Assembly: GCA_041744215.1 (NCBI GenBank)
Contig: JBGTLG010000033.1
Span: forward strand, 64,001-128,000
Reading direction: 5' to 3'
Length of the DNA: 64,000 nt
DNA from: Fimbriimonadales bacterium
GTDB taxonomy: Bacteria > Armatimonadota > Fimbriimonadia > Fimbriimonadales > ATM1
Shown here: positions 30,021-41,043 of the stretch, in pieces
Numbering within the stretch: position 1 is the stretch's first letter
How the letters are laid out: each line of letters starts with the position of its first letter
The notes under the pieces: generated by a model
What the model was told of the DNA's origin: nothing
The model's input: the letters and a program-made list of their open reading frames with translations, nothing else
The model's database searches: none
Position numbers and translations under genes: made by a program

Positions 30021-30781
30021 ACCGGTTCTCCAAGGTACGCTTCGATCACACGCGGATCATTCCGAATCTCTTCTGGCAAGCCATGCGCAATCTCGGCGCC
30101 ATGATCGAGGACGAATATGCTTTCACATACGCCCATGACGACCTTCATGTCGTGTTCGATCAGAAGAATCGTCTGGCCGAACTCGTCTCTCAGGCGTCTG
30201 ATCTGCGCCATGAGGCCGATCTTCTCGAACGGGTTCATGCCCGCAGCAGGCTCATCGAGCAGGAGCAACTTTGGCTTGGTCGCCATAGCGCGAGCAATCT
30301 CCAAGCGACGCTGATTGCCATAATCGAGGTCGCGACTCCTCGTGTTTGCCTCATCGGCGAGGCCAAACGTTTCCAGGAGATGCATGGCATACTCGACTAG
30401 ACCGTCCGTTTCTCTGACCGCGCGCGGCAGCAGGGTGACCGCTTCTACCATCGTGCTGTGGTGACGCAAGAAACCTCCGAGTACGACGTTTTCGATTGCA
30501 GACAAGTCACCAAATAGCCTGATGTTCTGAAACGTCCTGCAGATGCCCCGGGCTGCGATCTGGTGAGACTTCAGCCCCACGATCGACGAGCCGTCGAAAA
30601 CAATGTCGCCGGAAGTCGGGCGATAGATACCTGTGATCAGATTGAAGCACGTCGTCTTCCCTGCTCCGTTGGGTCCGATTAGTCCGAACAGTTTGCCGGC
30701 AGGAACTTCAAACGAAACATCGTTCACGGCGACGAGACCGCCGAATCTAATCGTTGCTCGGGACACGGTAAGAAGACTCAC
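30017..30781 (-). CDS. livG: branched-chain amino acid ABC transporter ATP-binding protein
   Basis: [32 protein letters not shown]. Confidence 0.93.
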   Translation of the reverse strand: MSLLTVSRATIRFGGLVAVNDVSFEVPAGKLFGLIGPNGAGKTTCFNLITGIYRPTSGDIVFDGSSIVGLKSHQIAARGICRTFQNIRLFGDLSAIENVVLGGFLRHHSTMVEAVTLLPRAVRETDGLVEYAMHLLETFGLADEANTRSRDLDYGNQRRLEIARAMATKPKLLLLDEPAAGMNPFEKIGLMAQIRRLRDEFGQTILLIEHDMKVVMGVCESIFVLDHGAEIAHGLPEEIRNDPRVIEAYLGEPV

Positions 30782-32190
30782 GCCGCGATCTCCGTTCTCT
30801 TGTGTGGCAAGCCAAAGATTCGCTTGAGCCAGTCCCAGCTGAACTCGTGGTGGCCGAGCATGCCCTGCGGTCGGGTGAGCATGACAATCACGAGCATTGC
30901 CGCAAAAAGCGGGTACCTCAGGTTGCCCGCTTTGTAGCTGATATCAGCGAGGATGGCATGAGTAAAGGACACAGACTGAAGCAGATGGATCATTGGAATG
31001 GTTAGCGCCGCGACCAATCCTGCGCACAGAACGACCCAACCAAATCCTGCAAGATTCGGGATGCGCCGCTTTGTAAAGATCATTGCGATCGCGAGTCCCG
31101 CACACATAATCGTTAGGCTGACTTGCGTCATTGCTGGAACCTCAACCGACCAGATCCAATACGCGAGGTATCCGGCACCGAGCACACCAATCAGTCCCAT
31201 TCCTGCGAATGCGGTCTGCGTGCCGCCCGCTTGTGTGAGCGACAGACGCTTACGAATCTGAATTGCGACCGTTAAAGCAACGACTGCCGCAAGCACGAAC
31301 CCAAAGACGGCGAACCCGGAAACGTCGGGAAGATCTCTCAGTGATTCAGGCAGCAGGTAAAGAAAGAATCCGGCCATTGCCGCACCTGTGATGCTGCCGG
31401 CGCCGCCTATGACGACCATCGCCACGATTAGGAACGACTGGTTCATATCGAACTGCTTCAACGTAATGAAGCCTTCGTAGTGGGAAAACAGCGCGCCCGC
31501 CATGCCCGCGAATGCTGCGCCCAGTATGAACGCGGTCACTTTGGTGCGGGTTGTGTTGACACCCATCGCGCTTGCCGCGAGCTCGTCTTCGCGGACTGCA
31601 AGAAACGGCAGCCCATGCGCAGTCTTGAGCAGGTTCCTGCAAATTGCAATGACGAGAATAGCGAGACCAGCAATCATCCAGATTTGCGTCAACTTGATCG
31701 CTTCGGGCGAATTCGCCGCTCTGACGGTCAGTCCGTACGATCCCCCAAGCTTTTCCTGATTCTGAATAATGATGCGCACGATTTCGCCGAACCCTAAAGT
31801 CGCAACCGCAAGATAATCACCACGTAGTCTCAGCGACGGCAGCCCCACGACAAAACCTGCGATTCCCGCCGCGACCGCGCCAACGATGATCATCAGCAGC
31901 ACCCACACCCATCCTTCGATCGTGCCGGTGTTGTAATAATGGATGGTCACGAACGCGCTGCTGTAGGCGCCGATCTGATAGAAGGCAGCATGGCCAATCG
32001 AAAACTGCCCTGTGATGCCGTTGATCAAGTTGAGCGACACGGCCAGGGTCGCATAGAGCATCCCAAGTTGAATGAGACGATTGTCCAGAAAGCCAAGTGC
32101 AGGCGCAATCTTCGTTTGGAGCAGAAACAGAAACAACACCACAATCGCAATGCTGCCCAGCCGAGTGATCCAAAATTTCGGCGCGTTCAC
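30778..32190 (-). CDS. livM: branched-chain amino acid ABC transporter permease
   Basis: [28 protein letters not shown]; extra TM insertion. Confidence 0.9.
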   Translation of the reverse strand: MNAPKFWITRLGSIAIVVLFLFLLQTKIAPALGFLDNRLIQLGMLYATLAVSLNLINGITGQFSIGHAAFYQIGAYSSAFVTIHYYNTGTIEGWVWVLLMIIVGAVAAGIAGFVVGLPSLRLRGDYLAVATLGFGEIVRIIIQNQEKLGGSYGLTVRAANSPEAIKLTQIWMIAGLAILVIAICRNLLKTAHGLPFLAVREDELAASAMGVNTTRTKVTAFILGAAFAGMAGALFSHYEGFITLKQFDMNQSFLIVAMVVIGGAGSITGAAMAGFFLYLLPESLRDLPDVSGFAVFGFVLAAVVALTVAIQIRKRLSLTQAGGTQTAFAGMGLIGVLGAGYLAYWIWSVEVPAMTQVSLTIMCAGLAIAMIFTKRRIPNLAGFGWVVLCAGLVAALTIPMIHLLQSVSFTHAILADISYKAGNLRYPLFAAMLVIVMLTRPQGMLGHHEFSWDWLKRIFGLPHKRTEIAA

Positions 32191-33230
32191 GCTTTCTCCA
32201 CCGCGGTTGTTCCAAGTAATCCGGTAGGTTTGAACATGAGCACAAGGATCAGGATGACGAAAGCGACAGCGTCTTTATAAAGGTCTTGGCCAATCCAGAC
32301 AACGAGAAGCTCTGCAACGCCCATCAGAAACCCGCCGAGCACCGCGCCGGGAATGTTTCCAATACCGCCAAGCACAGCGGCGACGAATGCCTTCACTCCG
32401 GGAAGCAACCCGTAGTCAGTCTTTAGTGGTGTGCCAAGCGCGGTCGCATTCATCATTGCAGCCGCGCCAGCCAGCGCAGAACCAATGATGAACGTGACAG
32501 TGACGACACGGTTGACGTCGATGCCCATCAGAGCGGCCGTGTTGAAGTCGTGAGAGACGGCACGCATTGCCCTTCCAATCTTCGTGAAGGACACGACGTA
32601 CCACAGCATAATCATCAACACAACCGACACGCCGAACATCGCGAGCTGTCCCCCTGAGAAGATTAACTCGCCGAAGACGGGAAGATCCACTTTGATCGTC
32701 CGAAACGGATTGACCGTCTCGCTGATGCTCGGAGGAGGAGCAGTTCGAAACACCAACAGAAGCGACTGTTGCAAGAACAGAGAAACGCCGATTGCCGTAA
32801 TCAAAATCGAGATTCTTGGAGCGCTTCTCAAAGGGCGATACGCCAGTCGTTCTATCGTCACGCCTAGCGCAGAGCATACGACCATGCTCCCAACAATCAT
32901 CATCAGGAGGAGCAGCCAGGGGCTAATCGAATTCTTTTCGAACCAAACTTCGGCAACGTAGTACGCGACAAACGCGCCAACCATGTAGACCTCGCCGTGA
33001 GCGAAGTTGATGAGGCGAAGAACGCCGTACACCATCGTGTACCCGAGCGCAATCAGCGCGTAGATCGAACCAAGCTGGATTCCATTAATGATCTGCTGAT
33101 CGAGCAGACCCCAGTTCCTCGATCTGATCCATTCCCACATGATTGGGAACCAACCGAAGAGAAGCGACAACAGAAGGAATACGCCAACAACACCGATTGC
33201 CAAAGCGACCCGGTGCTGACGTGCGATCAC
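32187..33230 (-). CDS. livH: branched-chain amino acid ABC transporter permease
   Basis: GSIYALIALGYTMVYG, INFAHGE, AAVLGGIG. Confidence 0.93.
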   Translation of the reverse strand: MIARQHRVALAIGVVGVFLLLSLLFGWFPIMWEWIRSRNWGLLDQQIINGIQLGSIYALIALGYTMVYGVLRLINFAHGEVYMVGAFVAYYVAEVWFEKNSISPWLLLLMMIVGSMVVCSALGVTIERLAYRPLRSAPRISILITAIGVSLFLQQSLLLVFRTAPPPSISETVNPFRTIKVDLPVFGELIFSGGQLAMFGVSVVLMIMLWYVVSFTKIGRAMRAVSHDFNTAALMGIDVNRVVTVTFIIGSALAGAAAMMNATALGTPLKTDYGLLPGVKAFVAAVLGGIGNIPGAVLGGFLMGVAELLVVWIGQDLYKDAVAFVILILVLMFKPTGLLGTTAVEKA

Positions 33231-33273
33231 TCTACGCCTCCCCGGCGCAACATAGTGTCAATGGGATATAGGG

Positions 33274-33306
33274 CCGCACCCCGTTCGATTTGCGAACAGG
33301 GTGCGG
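33274..33306 (-). terminator. stem-loop downstream of the substrate-binding gene
   Basis: ccgcaccccgttcg...cgaacagggtgcgg. Confidence 0.55.
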
Positions 33307-33362
33307 TAGTTGCGGCGTTCGACTCACTTCTTGGCATCGAGTTGAAGCTAACGCCGAGATGC

Positions 33363-34613
33363 TTACCTTTTCGTTGCAGTTAGGATGAGTCCCGCCTTCT
33401 GGGCGTTTCCGTCTGGGCCAATGCTGATGGTTCCAGACACCCCGGCGAAGTTGGTCGTACTTGCGATCGCATCACGAATTCCCTTCGAGTCGTACGTCGT
33501 CGTACGCTTGATGGCATCAATCAACACACCCGCAGCATCGTATCCGAGCGCTCCCATCGCATTGGCAGGCTCACGATTGTACTTTTGGCGGAATGCGTCG
33601 ACGAATGCCTTGACTTCGGGTCGATCTTCCATGTTGCTGTAGTGGTTCGAGTAGTAGGTGCCGATGATTCCTTCGCCACCAGCTTGGAGCAGCTCGCTCG
33701 AATCCCACCCGTCGCCACCGAACATCGGCACATCGAGACCGACGTCGCGCTTCTGGCGCGCGATCGGCCCGATCTCTGTGAAGTATCCCGAACAGAACAA
33801 ACCGTCAGGATTTGCTGCTTTGATGTTGGTCAGCTGGCCCTTGAAGTCCGTCTGATCCTTCTCATAGAACGCTTCCGTCGCGATCTTTCCGCCGAGTTTC
33901 GTAAACACGGCCTTGAAAGCGTCGGAAAGCCCCGTGGAGTAGGGAAGCTTCTTGTCGGTTAGCACGGCAACGTTTCGCAGGCCGAGCTTGTCGTAGGCGA
34001 ACTTCGCCATCATCGCGCCTTGAAAGTCATCCGTGTAGCAAACGCGGAAAAACATGTTGCCGATGTTGGCCAGATCAATACGTGTTGATCCCGGCGAAAT
34101 GATAGGAACACCTTTCTCTTGCGCGACTTGCGCGGATGGCGCTGTAACGCCTGAAGCAATTTCGCCAAGGATTGCCACAACCTTGTGCTGTCCGATGAGC
34201 TTCTCGGTTGCGGACTTGCCTTGCGCGGGATCACCGGCGGTGTCCTCGACAACCATTTCGACTTTCCTACCGTTGATGCCGCCTGCTGCGTTGAACTCGT
34301 CAATCACCATCTTTGCGCCGTTCACGGATTCTTCACCCCACGGCTTCTCGGGGCCTGAGAGGCTGGCGATCATTCCCACTTTGATCGTATCGCCTTCGGT
34401 TGTGTTTCCGGGGCCCGTGGAGACCGGCCGCTGGGAAGCCGGCGCGATGCCAGCGTCGAACCACTCGATGCGGTCCTCTGGAACCCACATCGCCACAGCA
34501 CCAGCGCCGCTGGGGCCTCCGCCAGTCGTGGTGGTTCCTTCTTCTTGTTTGCAGCCCGCCATGCCGGCCACTAAGGCTCCAGCCAGGGCTAAGATCATCA
34601 ACTTGGTTTTCAT
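33363..34613 (-). CDS. branched-chain amino acid ABC substrate-binding lipoprotein (LivJ/LivK family)
   Basis: Lipobox MAGC; NAAGGINGRK, FFRVCYTDDFQG, GGDGWD. Confidence 0.9.
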   Translation of the reverse strand: MKTKLMILALAGALVAGMAGCKQEEGTTTTGGGPSGAGAVAMWVPEDRIEWFDAGIAPASQRPVSTGPGNTTEGDTIKVGMIASLSGPEKPWGEESVNGAKMVIDEFNAAGGINGRKVEMVVEDTAGDPAQGKSATEKLIGQHKVVAILGEIASGVTAPSAQVAQEKGVPIISPGSTRIDLANIGNMFFRVCYTDDFQGAMMAKFAYDKLGLRNVAVLTDKKLPYSTGLSDAFKAVFTKLGGKIATEAFYEKDQTDFKGQLTNIKAANPDGLFCSGYFTEIGPIARQKRDVGLDVPMFGGDGWDSSELLQAGGEGIIGTYYSNHYSNMEDRPEVKAFVDAFRQKYNREPANAMGALGYDAAGVLIDAIKRTTTYDSKGIRDAIASTTNFAGVSGTISIGPDGNAQKAGLILTATKR

Positions 34614-34742
34614 CAGCTACACCTCCTGATCAAGAGCTTGCTCTTGAGTTGGGCGCTCCGCGCCTCTTTTGGTTGGAAATTCGGTGTAGTATAGCGAAAA
34701 TCCTCTGTCTGAACCCGTCTAAGGGGGGAGCGAACTAACAAC

Positions 34743-35267
34743 ATGGCTGAAAACTCTGCAAAAGAACTCGTCACTCTGGCTGTTGAACGATTTGAGTCTG
34801 GCGACCTGGACGGCGCGATCAATCTCGCGCGCCAGGCCATTGACGCCGACAACCGCTCCGCGGACGCCTTCTCGGTGCTTGGAATTGCCCTGGCACAAGC
34901 CGGTCGGGAAGATGAGGCCACGACGTCGCTTCAGAAGGCGATCCAGACGTCCCCATACACCGCAAGCCACTACTACAATTTGGCGCTCCACCACTATCAC
35001 GCCGGACACAAGAACGACGCGATGTCGATGGCCCAGGAAGCGATCAGAACCGATTCGAAGCACCGGCGAGCGCTCACCCTGCTGAAGCAGCTTGAGGCCG
35101 AAACCCACGTTGAGGTCGCACCCTATACGTCTTCTCTGGGCGACAGCCGAGGAGCTTACAAGTACAAAGAAGAAAAGCCCGAGGCCGATGGCCTTAGCGC
35201 GATGGGCGATATGGAAGCTCCTCCCATTCAAGCACCCGGCGAGCACCCACCCGCGTCGAACCAATAG
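34743..35267 (+). CDS. tetratricopeptide repeat protein
   Basis: TPR-like Ala/Leu helical repeats. Confidence 0.8.
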   Translation: MAENSAKELVTLAVERFESGDLDGAINLARQAIDADNRSADAFSVLGIALAQAGREDEATTSLQKAIQTSPYTASHYYNLALHHYHAGHKNDAMSMAQEAIRTDSKHRRALTLLKQLEAETHVEVAPYTSSLGDSRGAYKYKEEKPEADGLSAMGDMEAPPIQAPGEHPPASNQ

Positions 35268-35282
35268 GCCGGTAATCACCGC

Positions 35283-36107
35283 TTGACCGACCGCCGAACC
35301 GAGTTTGCCGATCAGGCGCGAGCCTGCCTTAGGAATGGGCAGATCGGAGAAGCGCTCGGATTCGCGCGGCAAGCGCTGGAGCTCGCCCCCACCCACACCG
35401 ATTCGCTGACCGTCCTCGGCGCAGCCCTTAGTCGCGCCGATATGCCGGACGAGGCAACCGAGGTGCTGGAGAAAGCGACGAAGATTGAGCCGGACAATCC
35501 GAAGCACCGATACAACCTCGCGGCTCACCTGTTTCGGTTCGGCTGGAAAGAAGAGGCCCAGCGCCACGTTTCCACCGCGCTGGATCTCGACCCGAACTAC
35601 GGCAAAGCGAAAGAGCTGCTCCGACGCATCGACAGGGATCAGCAAACCCCGCCGCTAATGAGGTTCAGTAATCCCTCAGGAGGACCGGTCGCGGAGGCCC
35701 CTCCGGTCCAGGCTCCTCCTTCTGACACCTTCTTCCCTGCAGCTCCGCCAAAACCGAAACACTCGGTCGCCCTTCTCGCTCGGCTCGGAAAGGTCTGGGA
35801 CTTCATCTTTGTCGGGATTTTTGCGGTTCAGGCTGGATTCATGGCGTTCGCACTCTCCTCAATGCTCGAAGTCGGCCTCGAGCCCACCTACGATGCCATC
35901 TCCGGCGCGAACACCTACATCGTCGCCTGGCTCGCCTTCACGCTCGCCTATATTCTGGACTTAGCCGACCGACGTCCATCCGGCTCCTACGTCATATTGG
36001 CCATCCTGACCATTTCGCTGTCGGTTCCGCTGTGCCTGCTGGCGTTTCTGCCTGTCCTGGGCGCGGTCATGTTCGCCGCGTATATGATCGGAACAAGAAA
36101 AGAGTAG
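35283..36107 (+). CDS. TPR protein with C-terminal membrane domain
   Basis: N-terminal TPRs similar to the previous gene, Pro-rich linker, about 4 TM segments. Confidence 0.75.
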   Translation: MTDRRTEFADQARACLRNGQIGEALGFARQALELAPTHTDSLTVLGAALSRADMPDEATEVLEKATKIEPDNPKHRYNLAAHLFRFGWKEEAQRHVSTALDLDPNYGKAKELLRRIDRDQQTPPLMRFSNPSGGPVAEAPPVQAPPSDTFFPAAPPKPKHSVALLARLGKVWDFIFVGIFAVQAGFMAFALSSMLEVGLEPTYDAISGANTYIVAWLAFTLAYILDLADRRPSGSYVILAILTISLSVPLCLLAFLPVLGAVMFAAYMIGTRKE

Positions 36108-36178
36108 CGCGAACCTGTCAAATCCTTCGTATAATGGTAGATATGATCCCGACGCCTGTACAAGGAGGCTCGTAATCC

Positions 36179-37363
36179 ATGCTTACCTTCGCAATTCTCG
36201 CGCTGGCTGCGGCTTCGCCGACGGTCATAGACCGGCCTCTTGAGGCGCCCTTTAAGGTGACCGAGAGCGCGATTGTGGTCGATGCGGTAGTCAACGGGCG
36301 TAAAGCATCCTTCATGTTCGACACCGGTTTCGGTGGGTACATCACGATCAACAACAGGATCGACATCGGAAAACCGAGTGGCACGATCGGGCTGCGCGAC
36401 TTCGTCGGTCAGTTCGAAGTGCCAGTCGTAGATCTCAAATCGGTCGAGTTAGGTGAGCTCAAGCTCAGCAATCTGGACGGCAAAGCTGTCCAGGAGCCTG
36501 GAAGTCGCTACACGGACTATTACGGCACGCACTGCGACGGAATCATGGGTTTAGCCATTGTCCAGGATTACGTCACCGAAATCAACTTTGAAAAGAGCAA
36601 GTTCATCTTTCATCCGAAAACCTACGACATCACAAAACTCAAGCCCGACAACAAGCGAACATTTCTTGCAAAGCTGGAGCCGCACGGATACAACTCGCTT
36701 GAGATTGCTGTACACGCAAATGGCAAGGAGTTAATGCTCGCTCTCGACACAGGAAACGCTTTCTACATCGCGACACATAAAGACGTGCTGGAGCGCATCG
36801 GCCTCTGGAAGAATACGGACAAACCGAAACACGTATCGCAGTCTGGCGTAGCATCTGGAGTCGTAGACAGCTGGAGCATTTGGGTTCACGACGCGAATAT
36901 CTATGGGGTTCCGGTACCGCTCTCGATTTGGAACATCATCGACCTGCCAAGTTCAAGCGCGGAACACGACGGCACGGTCGGATACGGGTTCTTGAAGAAC
37001 TTCAACATTACGATCGACTACGAAAGGCGGCACGTCTGGTTGGAGAACTTCACCGGGCGCGTCGTGGATGACTTCAAGGGCGACCCCGGCATCGCTGTGG
37101 CGCTGAACCCTCAGAATCGAGTCCAGATATACCGGGTCTTGGACAACAGCCCTGCTGAGGCGGCTGGCCTAAAGTACGGGGACCTGCTGATTGCGATTAA
37201 TGGCCGGAGCCTCACGACAATCCCTCGGCACCAGATCCAGGGCTTGCTGGAAGGCGATGTCGGCTCCACCGTCAAGCTGACCGTCAGCAGAGGTGGAAAT
37301 GTCCACCAGTTCGACGTTGAGCGCAAAGTTCTCGCGAACGGGAAGCCGCCGACCGGGAACTAG
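36179..37363 (+). CDS. exported aspartyl protease (two retropepsin-like domains) with PDZ domain
   Basis: FDTG and LDTG motifs; SPAEAAGLKYGDLLIAING. Confidence 0.85.
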   Translation: MLTFAILALAAASPTVIDRPLEAPFKVTESAIVVDAVVNGRKASFMFDTGFGGYITINNRIDIGKPSGTIGLRDFVGQFEVPVVDLKSVELGELKLSNLDGKAVQEPGSRYTDYYGTHCDGIMGLAIVQDYVTEINFEKSKFIFHPKTYDITKLKPDNKRTFLAKLEPHGYNSLEIAVHANGKELMLALDTGNAFYIATHKDVLERIGLWKNTDKPKHVSQSGVASGVVDSWSIWVHDANIYGVPVPLSIWNIIDLPSSSAEHDGTVGYGFLKNFNITIDYERRHVWLENFTGRVVDDFKGDPGIAVALNPQNRVQIYRVLDNSPAEAAGLKYGDLLIAINGRSLTTIPRHQIQGLLEGDVGSTVKLTVSRGGNVHQFDVERKVLANGKPPTGN

Positions 37364-37406
37364 GACTGACTTTCGAAACAAAACCGGAATCCATCCGCGT
37401 CTCTGG

Positions 37407-37438
37407 TTGACTTAATAGCAGACATCTGTCTACTATTA
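37407..37438 (+). promoter_or_regulatory. sigma70 promoter overlapped by a 26-bp imperfect palindrome (operator)
   Basis: TTGACT-18 nt-TACTAT; TAATAGcAGACAtcTGTCTaCTATTA at 37413-37438. Confidence 0.7.
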
Positions 37439-37474
37439 CATAGTCTAAAGAGAGAACGAATCAAGGGGGTTCAG

Positions 37475-37924
37475 GTGGAGTTCGGAAACTCATTTTCCGA
37501 TGCCGTCGAGGCTTACGTCGGCGGCATCGAGCGGTCTTCGGAGCGACCGCACTATACGGAGGCTACTCTCCAGCAGAAGCTTCGACGGTCAAACTGCCGC
37601 GCGGTTTGGAATGCGCCGGGGACAGATCCCTCCGCCGCCGCCACGCTGTACCTGCGTGAGCGCGATTTTGCGCGGGCGGTTTCGGGTGCCGGACTGACGG
37701 ACAGGCAGCGGGAGGTGTTCTTGGCTCGCACGAGCGGCGACACGTGGGAAGAAATCGGACGGCGGCACGGTCATTCGAAGCAAGGCGCATGTCACATCTT
37801 TCGGCAAGCGATGCGCAAGATCAGGCGCACACTTCGCGACAATCCGTTGCGGGGTCTTGCAACCGTGTATCGAGAAGAGGTGACTCGATTCTCACCTGTT
37901 CGACAGGCACGGCGTTTCCGCTAA
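37475..37924 (+). CDS. protein with sigma-70 region-4-like HTH
   Basis: LTDRQREVF...TWEEIG...SKQ...AMRKIR. Confidence 0.7.
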   Translation: MEFGNSFSDAVEAYVGGIERSSERPHYTEATLQQKLRRSNCRAVWNAPGTDPSAAATLYLRERDFARAVSGAGLTDRQREVFLARTSGDTWEEIGRRHGHSKQGACHIFRQAMRKIRRTLRDNPLRGLATVYREEVTRFSPVRQARRFR

Positions 37925-38892
37925 CCTTCGAGTTGGACGCCCATATTGCGATACTTTTCGTATCGAGTTGCGCGAATCTCATCGCGAGAAGCGCGTTCGA
38001 GTTCGGACAGGTGACGGCCGATTGCACCTTCAATGTTATCAGCAGTCTCTCTCAAACCTCGGTGTGCGCCTCCGAACTCTTCTGGAACGATTTCATCGAT
38101 CAAGCCAAGTTCAAGAGCGTTTTGCGCTGTGAGCTTCAGCGCGGCCGCGGCTTTGTCGCCAGCAGTCGGATCGCGCCACAAAATCGCCGCGCATCCTTCT
38201 GGCGGTATCACCGAGTAAATCGAATTCTCCAGCATGAGAACACGACTCGCAGCCCCGATGCCGATAGCTCCTCCGCTGCCGCCTTCGCCGATCACTATCG
38301 CGACCGTTGGCACCCCCAAGCTGAACATCTTGAACATTCCTGCGGCAATCGCCTCGCTGATGCCTCGCTCCTCGCTCTCTACGTTTGGGTCGGCTGCAGG
38401 GGTATCGACAAAGGAAATGACCGGCAGGCCAAATCGATCTGCCATGTCGAACAACCGGATCGCTTTTCGATAGCCGTCTGGCTTCGCCATTCCGAAGTTT
38501 CTAAACTTCCTTTCCTTCAAATCGCGACCTTTCTGATGACCAACTATGACGCAGGATCGATCTGCGATCTTGCCCACTCCGCCAACAATTGCCTTATCAT
38601 CAGCATAGCGCCGATCGCCTTTTAGCTCCACCCAATCTGTAACGAGTGTCCGGATGTAGTCCATCGTGTACGGTCGATTGTCTGCGCGAGAAACGAGGAC
38701 GCGCTCCCAAGGTCCGAGACGACCGTACTTGACTCGAATGTAGTTGTCGCGTGTACGTTCAAACTGTTGTATCTGCTCTTCGACCCCAGACTGCTTCTCC
38801 TGCGGGAGTCGCTTCTGTTGCTCGCGCAGTTCCTCAATACCGCGTTCAAGTTCGATCAGGGGTTTCTCCCACTCGGCCCAAGATTTAGCCAC
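37921..38892 (-). CDS. accA: acetyl-CoA carboxylase carboxyltransferase alpha subunit
   Basis: GHQKGR, GYRKAIR, GEGGSGGA, PEGCAAILW. Confidence 0.95.
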   Translation of the reverse strand: MAKSWAEWEKPLIELERGIEELREQQKRLPQEKQSGVEEQIQQFERTRDNYIRVKYGRLGPWERVLVSRADNRPYTMDYIRTLVTDWVELKGDRRYADDKAIVGGVGKIADRSCVIVGHQKGRDLKERKFRNFGMAKPDGYRKAIRLFDMADRFGLPVISFVDTPAADPNVESEERGISEAIAAGMFKMFSLGVPTVAIVIGEGGSGGAIGIGAASRVLMLENSIYSVIPPEGCAAILWRDPTAGDKAAAALKLTAQNALELGLIDEIVPEEFGGAHRGLRETADNIEGAIGRHLSELERASRDEIRATRYEKYRNMGVQLEG

Positions 38893-39682
38893 GTTTGCCT
38901 CCCATGAAGTGCGAGACGAGTTTAACGAGTGTTGGACGAATGTCTTTACGTTGCACGATTGCATCGATCATGCCATGCTCAAGGGAGAACTCCGACGTCT
39001 GAAAGTTATCCGGCAGCTTTTGGCCGCCGCTGGCCTGGGCGGCAACGCGCGCGCCAGCGAAGCCAACGAGCGCTTTCGGCTCCGCGAGAATCACATCTGC
39101 GAGACTTGCGTACGATGCGAGCACTCCTGCCATCGTCGGATCCGTGAACACACAAATGTATGGAATGCCGGCGTCATAGGCTTTGCGGCATGCCGCCGAT
39201 GTCTTCGCCATTTGCATCAGTGACAAGAGTCCTTCCTGCATTCTCGCGCCACCTGTCGCAGTGAAAACAATCGCTGGAATCTGATCGGATGCCGCCAGTT
39301 CGAGCGTTCGGGTGACCTTCTCACCTGCGACTGAACCCATGCTTCCGCCCATGAACCGGAAATCAGCCAGCGCAACTGAGACCGGCTGGCCATCTAACTT
39401 TGCAGTGCCCCGAATGACCGCATCGTTGCGGCCCGTAGCCGCGAATCCTCTCGCAAGTTTTTCGGGATACTCAGGAAACTGGATAGGATCGGCCGACGCC
39501 ATGCTGGCGTCCACCTCAACGAAGGTCCCTTCGTCAAAAGTTGTTGCGATCCGTTCCTCCGCAGGCATGCGATGGTGGTGACTGCAGTGAGTGCAGACCC
39601 GAAGGTTCTTTACGAACTCCTTGGAGAACAGAACCTTCTTGCACCCTTCGCAACGCAGAAACGCATCCGGCTTGGTTTGCAT
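38885..39682 (-). CDS. accD: acetyl-CoA carboxylase carboxyltransferase beta subunit
   Basis: CxxC zinc finger, FMGGSMG, GGARMQEG. Confidence 0.95.
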   Translation of the reverse strand: MQTKPDAFLRCEGCKKVLFSKEFVKNLRVCTHCSHHHRMPAEERIATTFDEGTFVEVDASMASADPIQFPEYPEKLARGFAATGRNDAVIRGTAKLDGQPVSVALADFRFMGGSMGSVAGEKVTRTLELAASDQIPAIVFTATGGARMQEGLLSLMQMAKTSAACRKAYDAGIPYICVFTDPTMAGVLASYASLADVILAEPKALVGFAGARVAAQASGGQKLPDNFQTSEFSLEHGMIDAIVQRKDIRPTLVKLVSHFMGGKRG

Positions 39683-39736
39683 AGCGGCTTTACCCCACCA
39701 GGAGCGGGGGGAACCATGTTACACCATCGTCATGGC

Positions 39737-40180
39737 CTACGGGATCATCCGCCAGATCCCGTAGCCGATGAACGCCGCCAGAAACAGAAGATTAGCCGTG
39801 AGGATCGGTTTTACCGGCGCAATCATCCGATAGCGGAACACAAACTTCGATCCATAGTAGATCGACCCGACAGCGAACCACAGAAAGACCGCCGGACCAA
39901 ACAGGTGCGCCCTTATAGCCAGGGCGAAATCGCCATTGAGCATGGCCGCCCACGCCGTGGTCATTCCGCAAGTTGGGCAGGGCCTCGCGTAAACGGACTG
40001 CCACGGACAGGGCGGGAATCCGATCTGCGTATGGGTGCCGTGGCCAGCCACATTTGGCTCAAGAAATGCAGCGACGGAGATGGTGGCCAACCAAAACAAA
40101 AACAGCACGATTTCTGGAATGAGGTCTCTGCGCGGCACTCCCCTTTGTATATAAAACGCTGGTTGCTCTTTTACCTTCAT
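39737..40180 (-). CDS. DUF2752-like membrane protein
   Basis: GHGTHTQIGFPPC...PCPTCGMTTA. Confidence 0.8.
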   Translation of the reverse strand: MKVKEQPAFYIQRGVPRRDLIPEIVLFLFWLATISVAAFLEPNVAGHGTHTQIGFPPCPWQSVYARPCPTCGMTTAWAAMLNGDFALAIRAHLFGPAVFLWFAVGSIYYGSKFVFRYRMIAPVKPILTANLLFLAAFIGYGIWRMIP

Positions 40181-41043
40181 GTCTGCTTCGTCATCGTCGG
40201 CACAACACATCGCGGCTGCCACACGTCGCCAACAGATTCGGCGACTGCAAGGAACTCACCCTGTTCGTCAAGGATTGTGGCGAATCGTTCACTGTCCAAT
40301 TGTGGCAGGCGAATCGGTTGGCCATTGCGTATCAGCGCCGCTTGTTGCTCCGGCAGACGCACGACTTTGAAAGGCTCGAGTGCCACATCGAGCGGGATCA
40401 GCCTGTCTTCAGCAAGCTCTTCCAGACGCAGAGCCGACTCTAAAGTGAACTTGCCGACCGCAGTTCTGCGCAAACTTGCCAAATGGGCGCAGGTACCCAG
40501 CGCGCGACCCAAGTCATGCGCCAGCGTTCGAATGTAGGTCCCACCCGAACAGACAACCGTGGCCTTCGCAATCGGCGGTTCATACACGTCGATCTCTAAA
40601 GAGTGGATCTCTACGTTGCGAGGCTCGCGATCGATGTCGATGCCTCTGCGCGCATAGGCGTAAAGCGGCTTGCCTGCGTGCTTAATGGCGCTATACATCG
40701 GCGGAACCTGACTGATGGCGCCGAGAAATCCTGACGCCGCCTCGCAAATGCTCGCCAGAGTAACGTGCTCTGCGGACTGTTCATCCACGACCTCCCCTTC
40801 TGCGTCTTGTGTATTGGTAGCAGTGCCTAAAGCAATGTCGCACTCGTAGACTTTGGGTTCCGTGGGAAGATATTGAAGTACACGAGTTGCCGGACCGACT
40901 GCCAACACGAGAACGCCACTCGCTGCGGGATCGAGTGTCCCCCCGTGGCCAATCTTCTTCGTTCCTAAAGCCCGGCGCGCGCGCGCTACGACATCGTGCG
41001 AAGTGAGTCCGACCGGCTTATCAACATTCGCAATGCCAATCAT
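40177..41043 (-). CDS. truB: tRNA pseudouridine(55) synthase
   Basis: GHGGTLDP, QVPPMYSAIK, SGGTYIRTL. Confidence 0.95.
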   Translation of the reverse strand: MIGIANVDKPVGLTSHDVVARARRALGTKKIGHGGTLDPAASGVLVLAVGPATRVLQYLPTEPKVYECDIALGTATNTQDAEGEVVDEQSAEHVTLASICEAASGFLGAISQVPPMYSAIKHAGKPLYAYARRGIDIDREPRNVEIHSLEIDVYEPPIAKATVVCSGGTYIRTLAHDLGRALGTCAHLASLRRTAVGKFTLESALRLEELAEDRLIPLDVALEPFKVVRLPEQQAALIRNGQPIRLPQLDSERFATILDEQGEFLAVAESVGDVWQPRCVVPTMTKQT

